From: a bacterium
GTDB lineage: Bacteria > UBA10199 > 2-02-FULL-44-16 > JAAZCA01
Direction: 5' to 3'
Assembly: GCA_963674695.2 (NCBI GenBank)
Contig: CAXXGI010000001.1
Location: 832,001 to 896,000 of the forward strand
Length of the DNA: 64,000 bases
Every line of letters starts with the position of its first letter. Position 1 is the first letter of the stretch. Made by a program: the position numbers and the translations under genes. Below, in pieces: positions 1-8,641 of the stretch. The notes below the pieces were generated by a model. It had not been told where the DNA came from. It did no database searches and saw only the letters and a program-made list of their open reading frames with translations.

Positions 1-792
1 CGCGCGGATATGCACGATGGCCTCGCGCGTCTTCTCCTCAGGCGTCACATAGTGACTGCCCGGAAAGATCATAACCTCTGCGAGCTCGCCGAGAGGCTGG
101 CCCGTGAGCGCATCGATCTCGACGATGCGTTCGAGTTCGTCGCCGAAGAATTCGAGGCGCACCGCCTTGGCATCCTCATAGGCGGGAATGATCTCGACGG
201 AGTCGCCGCGCACGCGAAAGGTACCGCGGTGAAAGTCGATATCGTTTCGCTCATAGCGGATCTCGATCAGGCTCCGCAGAAACTCCTGCCGATCGAGTGT
301 ATCGCCCTTTTTCGTGCGCACCAGCATCCCCTGATAGGCCTCGGGGCTCCCCAGGCCGTAGATGCAGGAGACGCTCGCGACGATGATGACATCGCGGCGG
401 GTCAAGAGGGCATGCGTGGCCGAATGGCGAAGCCGGTCGATCTGCTCGTTGATGGAGGAATCCTTCTCGATGAAGAGATCCTTCGCCGGCAGGTAGGCCT
501 CGGGCTGGTAGTAGTCGTAGTAGCTGACGAAATATTCGACGGCGTTTTCGGGAAAGAGTTCCCGAAACTCAGCGAAGAGCTGTGCGGCGAGCGTCTTGTT
601 CGGCGCGATGACGAGCGTGGGGCGGTTCAGATTATTGATGAGATGGGCGATGGAAAATGTTTTTCCACTCCCGGTCACCCCGAGCAGGACCTGATGTTCG
701 ATTCCGGCGCGCACACCCTCGGTGAGTTTGGCGATCGCCTGCGGCTGATCGCCCTTGGGCTCGAACTCAGAGATGAGTTTAAATGAGGACAT
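1..792 (-). CDS. uvrB: Excinuclease ABC subunit B (5' part, runs off window)
   Basis: Reverse strand from ATG at 792 reads [20 protein letters not shown]..., followed by Walker A GVTGSGKT; the + strand ORF 10..786 is its antisense shadow. Confidence 0.95.
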   Translation of the reverse strand, partial: MSSFKLISEFEPKGDQPQAIAKLTEGVRAGIEHQVLLGVTGSGKTFSIAHLINNLNRPTLVIAPNKTLAAQLFAEFRELFPENAVEYFVSYYDYYQPEAYLPAKDLFIEKDSSINEQIDRLRHSATHALLTRRDVIIVASVSCIYGLGSPEAYQGMLVRTKKGDTLDRQEFLRSLIEIRYERNDIDFHRGTFRVRGDSVEIIPAYEDAKAVRLEFFGDELERIVEIDALTGQPLGELAEVMIFPGSHYVTPEEKTREAIVHIRA

Positions 793-820
793 AAAAATGA
801 GTAAGGACTCTACAGGGCAT

Positions 821-891
821 TGTCATTCCCGCGCAGGCGGGAATCTCGCTTGGAATAACCAATCGAGATCCCCGCTTTCGCGGGGATGACA
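821..891. repeat. REP-like palindromic element (GTCATTCCCGCGCAGGCGGGAATC ... GATCCCCGCTTTCGCGGGGATGAC)
   Basis: Two hairpins in inverted arrangement with TGTCAT/ATGACA ends in the cysS-uvrB spacer; resembles the widespread ATTCCC-N8-GGGAAT repeat class. Confidence 0.8.
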
Positions 892-925
892 AAACCAAGG
901 TTTGTCATCAAACTGGAGGTCTGCT

Positions 926-2398
926 CTATCGCAGTTTCCACTCGGTCGTGCCATCGGGCTTATCCTTGAATTCGACGCCGAGCCTTCCCAACTCGTCGCG
1001 AATGGCATCGGCGCGTGCGAAGTCCTTCTGCGACCGCGCCTGCCTGCGCTCAGCGATGAGCGCTTCGATCTGCGCCGCATCGACCCCGCGCTCGGCATGG
1101 ACGCGCGCAGAACAACGGCGATGATAATCGGCCTCATCGGAACCGAAGATCCCCAACACCTCGCCCGCCACGTGTTGCAGGTGCATGAACTGCAGGACCA
1201 CCCATCCCGAAAAGGGCGTCACGCATTCGCCTACCTCGTCGAGGTAGCGATTGATCGCGCGCACCGCCTCGAAGACGAGACCCACCGAACGCGCCGTATT
1301 GAAGTCGTCATCCATCGCCTCGACAAAGCGTTCCTCGAAGGAGACGAGCAACTCCTTGACGGCGATCGCGACGGCCCCTTCGGCCTCATCGTTCGCATTC
1401 TTGCCGGGATGAATGCGATGCAGACGCTTGGCCGTCTCGTAGAAACGATCGAGCGAAGACTCGGCCTCGGCCATGGACTGCTGCGTGTAATCGATCGGCG
1501 AGCGGTAGTGGTTCGAAAGGAGAAAGAGACGCAACGCCTCGGAATCGTATTTTTTGAGCACCTCGCCGATGGCGGTGATATTGCCCAACGACTTGCTCAT
1601 CTTCTCGGCGTCGATATTGATAAAGCCATTGTGCAGCCAGTAGGTTGCAAACGTGCAGCCGCACGCGCCTTCGGCCTGGGCGATCTCATTCTCGTGGTGC
1701 GGAAAGACGAGATCGCGACCGCCACCGTGAATATCGAAGGGCTGGCCGAGATACTTCGTGCTCATCGCCGAGCATTCGATGTGCCAACCGGGACGCCCCT
1801 CGCCCCAGGGCGAGGGCCAGGTCGGCTCACCGGGCTTGGCCGGCTTCCAGAGCGCGAAGTCGAGCGGATCGCGTTTTTTCTCATCCACATCCACGCGCGC
1901 ACCGCTGGTGAGTTCTTCGATATTCTTGCCGGAGAGTTTTCCGTAGCCGGGAAAACTGCGGACGGAGAAGTAGACGTTGCCATCGACCGCATAGGCATGA
2001 TCCTTCTCGATGAGCTTTGCGATGGTGGCGATCATGTCGTCGATGTGCGCGGTGGCGCGCGGCGCGATGTCGGGCATGAGCACGCCGAGCGCGCCCATGT
2101 CGCGTTCGTATTCGGCAATATAGCGATCGGTGATCTCCGCACAGGAGACCCCCTCCTTGTTCGCCCGCGCGATGATCTTGTCGTCGACGTCGGTATAGTT
2201 GCGCACGTAGGTCACATCATATTTTTTGTGTTTGAGATAGCGATAGACCATGTCGAAGACGACCGCCGCACGCGCGTGCCCGAGGTGACAGGTATCGTAA
2301 GCCGTAATCCCACAGGCATACATGCCGACCTTGGGCGGATGGAGCGGAACGAATTCATCCTTCTTTCGCGTCAGCGAATTATAGACGAACAGTGTCAT
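926..2398 (-). CDS. cysS: Cysteine--tRNA ligase
   Basis: CGIT..HLGH (HIGH), GRPGWHIECS and KMSKS motifs; ATG at 2398. Confidence 0.97.
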   Translation of the reverse strand: MTLFVYNSLTRKKDEFVPLHPPKVGMYACGITAYDTCHLGHARAAVVFDMVYRYLKHKKYDVTYVRNYTDVDDKIIARANKEGVSCAEITDRYIAEYERDMGALGVLMPDIAPRATAHIDDMIATIAKLIEKDHAYAVDGNVYFSVRSFPGYGKLSGKNIEELTSGARVDVDEKKRDPLDFALWKPAKPGEPTWPSPWGEGRPGWHIECSAMSTKYLGQPFDIHGGGRDLVFPHHENEIAQAEGACGCTFATYWLHNGFINIDAEKMSKSLGNITAIGEVLKKYDSEALRLFLLSNHYRSPIDYTQQSMAEAESSLDRFYETAKRLHRIHPGKNANDEAEGAVAIAVKELLVSFEERFVEAMDDDFNTARSVGLVFEAVRAINRYLDEVGECVTPFSGWVVLQFMHLQHVAGEVLGIFGSDEADYHRRCSARVHAERGVDAAQIEALIAERRQARSQKDFARADAIRDELGRLGVEFKDKPDGTTEWKLR

Positions 2399-2898
2399 AT
2401 TGTTTCCCTTCTCGCAGATTCCAACAGGATGGCGGATTGACACGCGATGGCCTCACCGCGACCCACCGCATCGACGCCTTCGTTCGTGCGCGCCTTGATG
2501 CTCACAGCCCCCACGTCGAGCGAGAGCACCTCGGCCAGTCGCGCGCGCATCGCCTCGATGTGCGGCGCCATCTTGGGTTTCTCCGCGATGATGTTGGCAT
2601 CGACGTTGACGATGCGCCACCCCTTCCCTTCGGCAATTTCGTATACGCGCCCGAGCAACACGGAGCTATCAGCATCCTTGAACACCGGATCGGTGTCGGG
2701 GAAGTGCCGTCCGATATCGCCGAGTGAAGCCGCCCCCAAAATGGCATCGGCCACCGCATGCATGAGGGCATCGCCGTCGGAGTGACCGCGCAGCCCCTTC
2801 TCGAACGGAATGGTCACGCCGCCCAGGATGAGCGCTCGCCCCGCCTCCAAACGATGAATGTCATATCCGATGCCGACTCGAAGATCCGCATTTCGCAT
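2395..2898 (-). CDS. ispF: 2-C-methyl-D-erythritol 2,4-cyclodiphosphate synthase
   Basis: RVGIGYDIH, GHSDGD, GDIGRHFP motifs; start 2898 or 2919 (inside heptamer repeat). Confidence 0.96.
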   Translation of the reverse strand: MRNADLRVGIGYDIHRLEAGRALILGGVTIPFEKGLRGHSDGDALMHAVADAILGAASLGDIGRHFPDTDPVFKDADSSVLLGRVYEIAEGKGWRIVNVDANIIAEKPKMAPHIEAMRARLAEVLSLDVGAVSIKARTNEGVDAVGRGEAIACQSAILLESARRETI

Positions 2899-2946
2899 CT
2901 CGCATTTCGTATCTCGCATAAGCACTCGCTTCTCTCGGCTGACGGT

Positions 2947-3642
2947 TCACGGTTCACGGTTCACGGTTTTGTAGATCGCTTCCGCGATGATGAGATCTTC
3001 AGGACTCGTGATCTTGATATTGCGTCGATCCCCCTCGACGACGGCGACGCTCACACCGATGCGCTCGATGAGGCTCATCTCGTCGGTGCCGACAAAACCG
3101 TCGCGCTGTGCAGCCTCCATCGCCTGCAGGAGAATCTCGCGTCGTGCGGCCTGCGGCGTCTGCGCGCCCCAGAGTTCATTGCGATCGACCGTCTCGATGA
3201 CGCGCCCGCCCTGCACGCGCTTGATCGTCTCGGTCACCGGCGCGGCAACGATCGCCGCCCCTGTCTCATTGGCGGCAGCGGCCGCACGTGCGATGAGCGC
3301 GCCCGTTACGAAGGGACGCACGCCATCGTGCACCAGGACGATATCGACAGCATCGGAGAGTGCATGCAGACCGTTGGCCACCGACTCCTGGCGCAACGCC
3401 CCGCCAGCGACGACGCGCCATGATTCGGGATAGGCATGAGCCGCGATGATCTCCTGACGAAAGGATTCCTCACGCCCCGGCTCGACCACGACCACGAGTT
3501 CGATCAGATCCGCCATACCAAGAAATTGATCGAGGGTATGACAGATGATGGGGCGGTCGGCGATTTCGAGATATTGCTTGGGCCGGTCGGCTCCCATACG
3601 GCGGCCGATGCCGGCAGCGGCGATGATCGCTCCGATGCGCAT
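2947..3642 (-). CDS. ispD: 2-C-methyl-D-erythritol 4-phosphate cytidylyltransferase
   Basis: AAAGIGRRMG, KQY, RQESV, VHDGVRP, QTPQ, NIKIT motifs. Confidence 0.96.
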   Translation of the reverse strand: MRIGAIIAAAGIGRRMGADRPKQYLEIADRPIICHTLDQFLGMADLIELVVVVEPGREESFRQEIIAAHAYPESWRVVAGGALRQESVANGLHALSDAVDIVLVHDGVRPFVTGALIARAAAAANETGAAIVAAPVTETIKRVQGGRVIETVDRNELWGAQTPQAARREILLQAMEAAQRDGFVGTDEMSLIERIGVSVAVVEGDRRNIKITSPEDLIIAEAIYKTVNREP

Positions 3643-3690
3643 AGTGGGCTCGATAAACCAGGGGGATGGGGGAAAGACAAGCAAAAACAA

Positions 3691-3714
3691 AGGGCCCACC
3701 TCGCGGTGGACCCT
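3691..3714 (-). terminator. Probable intrinsic terminator/attenuator after carD
   Basis: Hairpin AGGGTCCACC-GCGA-GGTGGGCCCT followed by TTGTTTTT on the minus strand. Confidence 0.6.
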
Positions 3715-3740
3715 CCGAAAGGGAACCGTATTGACGATGA

Positions 3741-4253
3741 TTAATTCGCAAAGATCTCGTCGATCTCCTCGGCCACGTCCTCTTCACCCATCGACTGACT
3801 GATCGCCAATTCCTTGATGATGAGGCAGCGGGCCGTGTCGAGCATCTTGCGCTCACCGAAGGAGAGCTCCTTCTCATAGCGCATGAGCATCAGGTCGCGC
3901 AGGACCTCGGCGATCTCGTAGATGGAACCGGTCTTGATCTTGTCCATATACTCGCGATAGCGCCGATTCCAGGTCTGTTCGTTGATGGAGATGTCGCGCT
4001 CGCCCAGGATCTCATAGACGATGTCGACTTCGCTCTCGTTGATGACCTCGCGCAGACCGACGCTGCGCACGTTACCCGTGGGCACCATGATGGTCATGCC
4101 GCTGTCCATGATCTTGAGGATATAGAACTTGTGGGTATTGCCCGCGATCTCGCGCTCTTCGATCGACTGCACTTCCCCCACACCGTGTGCCGGATAGACG
4201 GCCACATCACCTACTTTGAACTCCCGATTCAATGCCGAACGCTGCTGCCCCAT
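3741..4253 (-). CDS. carD: CarD/CdnL family RNA polymerase-binding regulator
   Basis: FKVGD.AVYPAHGVG, WNRRYR, LSFGERKM; canonical carD-ispDF-cysS synteny. Confidence 0.95.
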   Translation of the reverse strand: MGQQRSALNREFKVGDVAVYPAHGVGEVQSIEEREIAGNTHKFYILKIMDSGMTIMVPTGNVRSVGLREVINESEVDIVYEILGERDISINEQTWNRRYREYMDKIKTGSIYEIAEVLRDLMLMRYEKELSFGERKMLDTARCLIIKELAISQSMGEEDVAEEIDEIFAN

Positions 4254-4517
4254 GTTCCCTCCTGACTGACCCCCAGTTTTCCACAACGAGCGGGGAATGA
4301 ATTGTTTTTCAATAATTTCAACTATTTACAGAACCTGCCCCATCCAACGTGGTGACCCTTATAGCACATCCCGTCAAGGAGCGTCAACTTGCAACCTATT
4401 GTTTTTTAAAATCTTTTTATCAATTCCACCCTTGCTGCCACTTCTTCGACCGCCCGATTCGAGTTATCCACAATCCCCCTCGAAATATATGAGGATTTCA
4501 TTTTTTCCGCATCAAAC

Positions 4518-4546
4518 TTGACACCTATTTGCCGATCGTCTAATGT
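4518..4546 (+). promoter_or_regulatory. sigma70-type promoter for tRNA-Phe
   Basis: TTGACA-17nt-TAATGT about 40 nt upstream of the tRNA. Confidence 0.7.
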
Positions 4547-4586
4547 CCGCCGAACTTCAGGAAGCTGTTATATATCAGCAACTTCC

Positions 4587-4659
4587 GGGCAGGTAGCTCA
4601 GTCGGTAGAGCAGGAGACTGAAAATCTCCGTGTCGGGGGTTCAATTCCCTCCCTGCCCA
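4587..4659 (+). tRNA. tRNA-Phe (GAA), CCA not encoded
   Basis: Cloverleaf with GGGCAGG/CCTGCCC acceptor, AGCTCAGTCGGTAGAGC D-arm, CTGAAAA anticodon loop, TTCAATT T-loop. Confidence 0.97.
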
Positions 4660-4660
4660 C

Positions 4661-4694
4661 AAAAGCGGAACCCCATCGGGTTTCGCTTTTTTTT
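4661..4694 (+). terminator. Intrinsic terminator of tRNA-Phe
   Basis: GCGGAACCC-CATC-GGGTTTCGC hairpin followed by a long T run. Confidence 0.85.
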
Positions 4695-4768
4695 GCTCAT
4701 TTCGGCAAAAAACAAGCCCAAAACACCTTGCAGCCACTACAAAAACCTTCCTTGAACACCAAAAACAC

Positions 4769-4840
4769 AAAAAAAGAGGAGGCACGCACGACATGCTCTC
4801 CCAAGATGTGACCGGTTTTTGTCCCCTTTCCCCATTCACT
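4769..4840 (-). ncRNA. Candidate small RNA A (about 70 nt)
   Basis: sigma28-like promoter 4845-4871 immediately upstream; ends in GGAGAGCATGT/GCGTGCCTCC hairpin plus T7; no credible ORF. Confidence 0.5.
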
Positions 4841-4844
4841 TCTA

Positions 4845-4871
4845 GTATCGGCAGAAATGGAAAAAAGTTGC
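4845..4871 (-). promoter_or_regulatory. sigma28/FliA-like promoter
   Basis: GCAA-15nt(CTTT...)-GCCGATAC; same motif at four other sites. Confidence 0.65.
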
Positions 4872-4893
4872 GTGGTATCTGGGGGATGCAATT

Positions 4894-4922
4894 AAAAAAA
4901 TCCCCTGTAAAAACAGGGGATT
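4894..4922 (-). terminator. Intrinsic terminator of the 5653-4951 operon
   Basis: AATCCCCTG-TTTTTA-CAGGGGATT followed by T run on the minus strand. Confidence 0.85.
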
Positions 4923-4950
4923 GTGTAAGTCATTTTCTTGTCGATCCGGG

Positions 4951-5265
4951 TTACTGGATCAGGTTGAATTTCTCGGCCATCTTGAGGATCGTCACCGCCG
5001 CGTTCTCTTCGATGAGATCGTTGTACGGCGTGGCGTCGATGTGCGCCCAGAAGTCCGCGTCATCCAGGCCCTCGATGTCGAAATCAACCGTGCGGTAGGC
5101 GATGTTGCCGTTGGCCTCGCGCGTGCACTGGTTGGTGAAGAGGTTCTGGTCGCGGTCGAGGAGCCGGCGAAACTTCGGATGGCTCACGATCGGCGCGTTG
5201 CGCTCGATCAGGAGCTCGATGAGCTGAACCACATCCTCGCGTGTCCACTTCGTCTTTCGTGCCAT
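4951..5265 (-). CDS. Hypothetical protein (104 aa)
   Basis: ATG at 5265 with AAGGGGGA RBS, host-like codon usage, terminator downstream. Confidence 0.75.
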   Translation of the reverse strand: MARKTKWTREDVVQLIELLIERNAPIVSHPKFRRLLDRDQNLFTNQCTREANGNIAYRTVDFDIEGLDDADFWAHIDATPYNDLIEENAAVTILKMAEKFNLIQ

Positions 5266-5275
5266 TGAGTCCCCC

Positions 5276-5653
5276 TTATCCCATTGCTTCGACGATAACC
5301 TGCTTGGCCAGATGCCCTTCGAGATCGGTCGGATGTTCGACGGAGAGCAGGTCGGCCATGGCCAACACATGCGGTGCAAACGTCGCCTTCTTCTCCCGCA
5401 CCTGGGAGGTCGTCGGCATATCGCGAAAAAGGCCCACATTGATCGCATGGCTCTTGCCAAACTTTCCGGCGAATTCCGCTACGGTATTGTCGACATCAAA
5501 ATTGGAACCCACGAGCACGGAAGCAATCTTCTCGGATTTCACGCCCTTGAAGAGGGCCTTGGCCGCCTTCTCGGAATCGGTGGTCTTTGCCAAGACCGCC
5601 TTTTTTGCCGCCGCCGGAGTCATCGTCGTATTCGCTGCCGCTGGTCTCACCAT
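5276..5653 (-). CDS. Hypothetical protein (125 aa)
   Basis: AAGGAGG RBS; sigma54 promoter just upstream; 10 nt from the next gene. Confidence 0.75.
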   Translation of the reverse strand: MVRPAAANTTMTPAAAKKAVLAKTTDSEKAAKALFKGVKSEKIASVLVGSNFDVDNTVAEFAGKFGKSHAINVGLFRDMPTTSQVREKKATFAPHVLAMADLLSVEHPTDLEGHLAKQVIVEAMG

Positions 5654-5688
5654 CGTTACCCTCCTTGTGTCTTCCTGCCCGTCATTAG

Positions 5689-5705
5689 TGCAAGAGCCCT
5701 GCCAA
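5689..5705 (-). promoter_or_regulatory. sigma54 (-24/-12) promoter
   Basis: TTGGCAGGGCTCTTGCA (GG-N10-GC); IHF-like site TAACTATTCGTAT at 5718-5730. Confidence 0.75.
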
Positions 5706-5860
5706 ATCGGGTTTCTGTAACTATTCGTATTTATTGGATATTAACAGCACCCTCCCTTCGCATTCGGGGCGGGATGACCCCCAAACCGCCATTTCCGGGG
5801 ATTTCACTCCCCATCCGCCGACATCATTATATGGGGACAAGTGTCGGATAAGGCAACGCA

Positions 5861-5990
5861 GGCAGTTCGGAAATCGGGAGGCGCCCGGCTATTGCGCCGC
5901 GAGGGGGAAAACGAGGACTTTTTTACAGCCTCATCGGAAAAAAGGTCTCGTTTTCCCCCGGGAGGCGCCACAGCATTTGCGCCGCGAGCC
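5861..5990. repeat. Hairpin repeat family, copy 1
   Basis: GGCAGTTC...TGCGCCGCGA-stem-TACAGCCTCATCGG-stem-GGGAGGCGC; homologous to 28056-28143. Confidence 0.75.
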
Positions 5991-6029
5991 AGCGGTTTAC
6001 AATTCCGAAGAAAACGGGATATTTGCCAG

Positions 6030-6626
6030 ATGGCCTTCAATCGCAAAGATCACTTCTACCAGCGCGCCAAGCGGGAGAAAAAGGCTTCGCGCGCGGTCTA
6101 TAAGATTGAGGAGATGCAGCGCCGCTTCCGCCTCGTCGCAAAGGGGGATTGCGTCCTGGATCTGGGCTGCGCCCCGGGCGGCTGGCTGCAGGAGCTCTCG
6201 CCGCTCGTGGGCCCCAAGGGAAAGGTGATCGGCATCGACCTGTTGCCGCTCAAGATCGCGCCGCCGAAACACTGCACGGTCCTTCTCGGCGACCTGACCG
6301 ACGCCGCGATGCAGGAGGAGATCGCCACGCTCGCCGGGGGAGATGTGGATTGCGTCTGCTCCGACATGTCGCCCAACCTCTCGGGCATTCCGTTCGCCGA
6401 CGCCTACCGCTCCTTCGAAATCGCCAGCCTCGCCCTCGATGTCTGTCATCGCCTGCTCAAGAGTGGCGGCCACTTCGTCGTGAAGATCTTTCCCGGCGAA
6501 GAGTTCGAGGGATTCATGCGCACGCTCAAGACCGAATTCAATCGCGTGCAAACCATCGTCCCCGAAGCCACCCGCAAGACCTCATCGGAGCGCTACATCG
6601 TTGCGCTGGGATACCGGAGAGACTGA
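6030..6626 (+). CDS. rlmE: 23S rRNA Um2552 2'-O-methyltransferase
   Basis: SRAVYK, LDLGCAPGGW, SDMSP, VKIF, SSERY (K-D-K-E tetrad). Confidence 0.95.
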   Translation: MAFNRKDHFYQRAKREKKASRAVYKIEEMQRRFRLVAKGDCVLDLGCAPGGWLQELSPLVGPKGKVIGIDLLPLKIAPPKHCTVLLGDLTDAAMQEEIATLAGGDVDCVCSDMSPNLSGIPFADAYRSFEIASLALDVCHRLLKSGGHFVVKIFPGEEFEGFMRTLKTEFNRVQTIVPEATRKTSSERYIVALGYRRD

Positions 6627-6799
6627 CATTCGCACCGCATATGAAACCATCTCATCGCCCTGCAATTCGAATCCTTCCCGTCATTGAACCTGAGTGCTCC
6701 GGCCGGTGAAGTTACCCTGTTGTAGCGCTGGCGCTCCGCTTGCACGTTTTGGCATCTGACTCGATCCGTCTTTCCTCATGAACTCATATGGATGCCCAG

Positions 6800-6980
6800 T
6801 GTGTCAATAGGGTGATCGTGCTTAAAGCGATGTTGTCTTCAATGAGCTTCAAGGGCTTTCAACCTCATATCCGCGTGCTGGTTAACGCATTAAGTTGAAT
6901 CCGATTGAAGCCTTTCCACAATCTCACCTCGGATATTGAAATCCATGTTCATGTCGTGGGCTGCTTCATTCCCCGCTTAA
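6800..6980 (-). ncRNA. Bridge/seek RNA of the IS110 element
   Basis: Non-coding 3' end with two internal loops carrying segments that match the target (CATGAAC, GGTGAG) and donor (ATTC, ATATGAG) junctions. Confidence 0.75.
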
Positions 6981-8117
6981 TTAAGCCTCCACAGCTTTAA
7001 GCTCCCTATCAACCCCCCTCAATGATTCCCAAATAAAACACAGCAACTCTCGTCCACATGCAACCTTCACCTTGTTTTTCTCTTTTCCCCGGCACAGCAA
7101 TCTACTCGACTTTTGATGCAACCGCTTCATACATCGATCGGCAATGGCTATGTATCGTTCATCTGTACCTTTTCTCATTTCCTTGAGTCGTTTGCTTACC
7201 CTTGGAATTCGAGCAGATGACTGGCATGCTTCTATCACACCGGTTCGTATATGCCGATTTCCCATCTTGCTCATGCTGAATCGATGCTCTTTTCCTCCTG
7301 AACTATATTCCCTCAAGTCCATGCCCGCATAGGAACAGAGCTTCCGTGGATGTGCAAAACGGGAAATATCTCCTATCTCTGTAATAAGGGTCATGGAGGA
7401 TAACGTGTCTAAGCCTCGATAACACCGCAAGGAATCCACTTTCTTTTTATAAAATGAGCTTTGAGCCAACCGCGCGATCTCCTTTTCATAGCAACCGATC
7501 TCTAGCTCTACCTGCTTTAAATGCATCAATAAGGAGTGAATGTTAAATTGGAAAACCTGGCTTTTATGCTTGGATGTTTGTCTTGATAGCCACTCCCGGT
7601 GCACCGCTGTCCAGTATTCTCGTCCTTTTCCCTCTTCGGTTCGATAATGAATCCCAGCGCAACGACAGGCTGAGAGGATATGCCTCTTGAGCTCCTTTGA
7701 TTGTTCTTTGAGGAACTTCCTGGAACGAACGATGCTTCGGACACATTCTTCCTCAGCATCAGGCACATGCACTATGCTCAGTTCACCGTTTCTGTAATTC
7801 CGCGCGAAGCTTCTACAATCGATCTTGTCTGTTTTTACAAATTTACCGGGCTTCTTTGGAATGAGAGAAGAGGCTATGACGTCGCAATGCCAGCCATGGG
7901 CCGAGAGATCCCGTTGAAGAGAAAATCCCAAATAAGTGCTCTCGTAGCATATTTTCAATTCTCCATTCTCCCCCCTGAGGGCATTTAACTTCTTCACCAA
8001 ATGAGCTACATTGGGCCTGCACGTAAAAGAAAACGTTTTTTCGGAATCGTTCTCTACCGCATGACCATGGAACGCATTATCATCGACATCAATACCAACA
8101 TAGACTATGTTTTTCAT
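6981..8117 (-). CDS. IS110 family transposase/recombinase
   Basis: RuvC-like DEDD (VGIDV, CYE, KTDKID) and C-terminal YSSGG serine domain; GAAGGGGGG RBS. Confidence 0.95.
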   Translation of the reverse strand: MKNIVYVGIDVDDNAFHGHAVENDSEKTFSFTCRPNVAHLVKKLNALRGENGELKICYESTYLGFSLQRDLSAHGWHCDVIASSLIPKKPGKFVKTDKIDCRSFARNYRNGELSIVHVPDAEEECVRSIVRSRKFLKEQSKELKRHILSACRCAGIHYRTEEGKGREYWTAVHREWLSRQTSKHKSQVFQFNIHSLLMHLKQVELEIGCYEKEIARLAQSSFYKKKVDSLRCYRGLDTLSSMTLITEIGDISRFAHPRKLCSYAGMDLREYSSGGKEHRFSMSKMGNRHIRTGVIEACQSSARIPRVSKRLKEMRKGTDERYIAIADRCMKRLHQKSSRLLCRGKEKNKVKVACGRELLCFIWESLRGVDRELKAVEA

Positions 8118-8413
8118 CTGGATGCCCCCCTTCGATGAGTTAAATAATTTCACCCATAGTGAATTATTTATGAGTTAACCAGCGCTCGTTACATCAAGGG
8201 CTGGGCATCCATATATTCTCGCCCGCCGGCGGAATAAGAACACATTAGATTTCTGGCGGGCTCAAACATCATTCGGAATTTCGCCTTCGGCGAAACCGTC
8301 GGCTCTTCGCAGGCCAAAACGGCACGCTCCGCGAGGCACTACAACAGGGTAACTTCACCGGCCGGAGTAGAGTCATCTCTCATGCATACAATCATAGGAA
8401 GTCACAAACATGA

Positions 8414-8561
8414 ATCCATCGTCCGGCAGTGTGTTCGGAGGGGATCTCTTCTTTCATCGCGATCGAAGCTTATGATGATGCGATGAAAGAAGAAAAAGCC
8501 GTCGAGGCGGCGTGTGAGCCGAGACGGCGGTCCCCTCCGAACACACTGCCGGACGATGGAT
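8414..8561. repeat. Long palindromic element (MITE/REP-like)
   Basis: Perfect 31-bp IR 8414-8444/8531-8561 enclosing a perfect 14-bp IR 8447-8460/8480-8493 and a GCCGTC/GACGGC arm. Confidence 0.8.
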
Positions 8562-8641
8562 CAAGACCACGACGCACGCGATGGGATTTTCCGTAGATCT
8601 CCCGGTACACCGCAAGCCGGACCCCTCCCGAAGGAGTACGC

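Larger units (their letters stand above)
6783..8220 (-). mobile_element. IS110-family insertion sequence, IS1111 group
   Basis: 14-bp subterminal inverted repeats ATATGGATGCCCAG (6786-6799)/CTGGGCATCCATAT (8201-8214); CTC core at both ends; outward TTGACA at 6807-6802; lower GC than host. Confidence 0.9.
6697..8367. repeat. About 236-bp palindromic element interrupted by the IS110
   Basis: Perfect 29-bp inverted repeat 6697-6725/8339-8367; removing the IS restores ATGAACTCGCCCGCC...GGCGGGCTCAAACATCAT. Confidence 0.8.

Noticed and set aside
10-786. Long + strand ORFs opposite real genes (e.g. 10..786, 902..2440, 18921..21533, 51932..54184)
   Set aside because: Antisense shadows of GC-rich genes; the opposite strand carries the recognisable motifs
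4260-4520. oriC
   Set aside because: Only two DnaA boxes, no dnaA/gid/par neighbourhood, no clear unwinding element
5812-5842. dif-like site (ACTTGTCCCCATATAATGATGTCGG on minus)
   Set aside because: No TTATGTTAAA-type XerD arm; spacing does not fit
4587-6030. tRNA-Phe as integration site of a genomic island
   Set aside because: No integrase and no duplicated tRNA 3' end seen in the window
6697-8367. 29-bp inverted repeat as the IS terminal repeats
   Set aside because: IS110 elements lack long TIRs; the 14-bp subterminal IRs, CTC core and guide matches place the ends at 6783/8220
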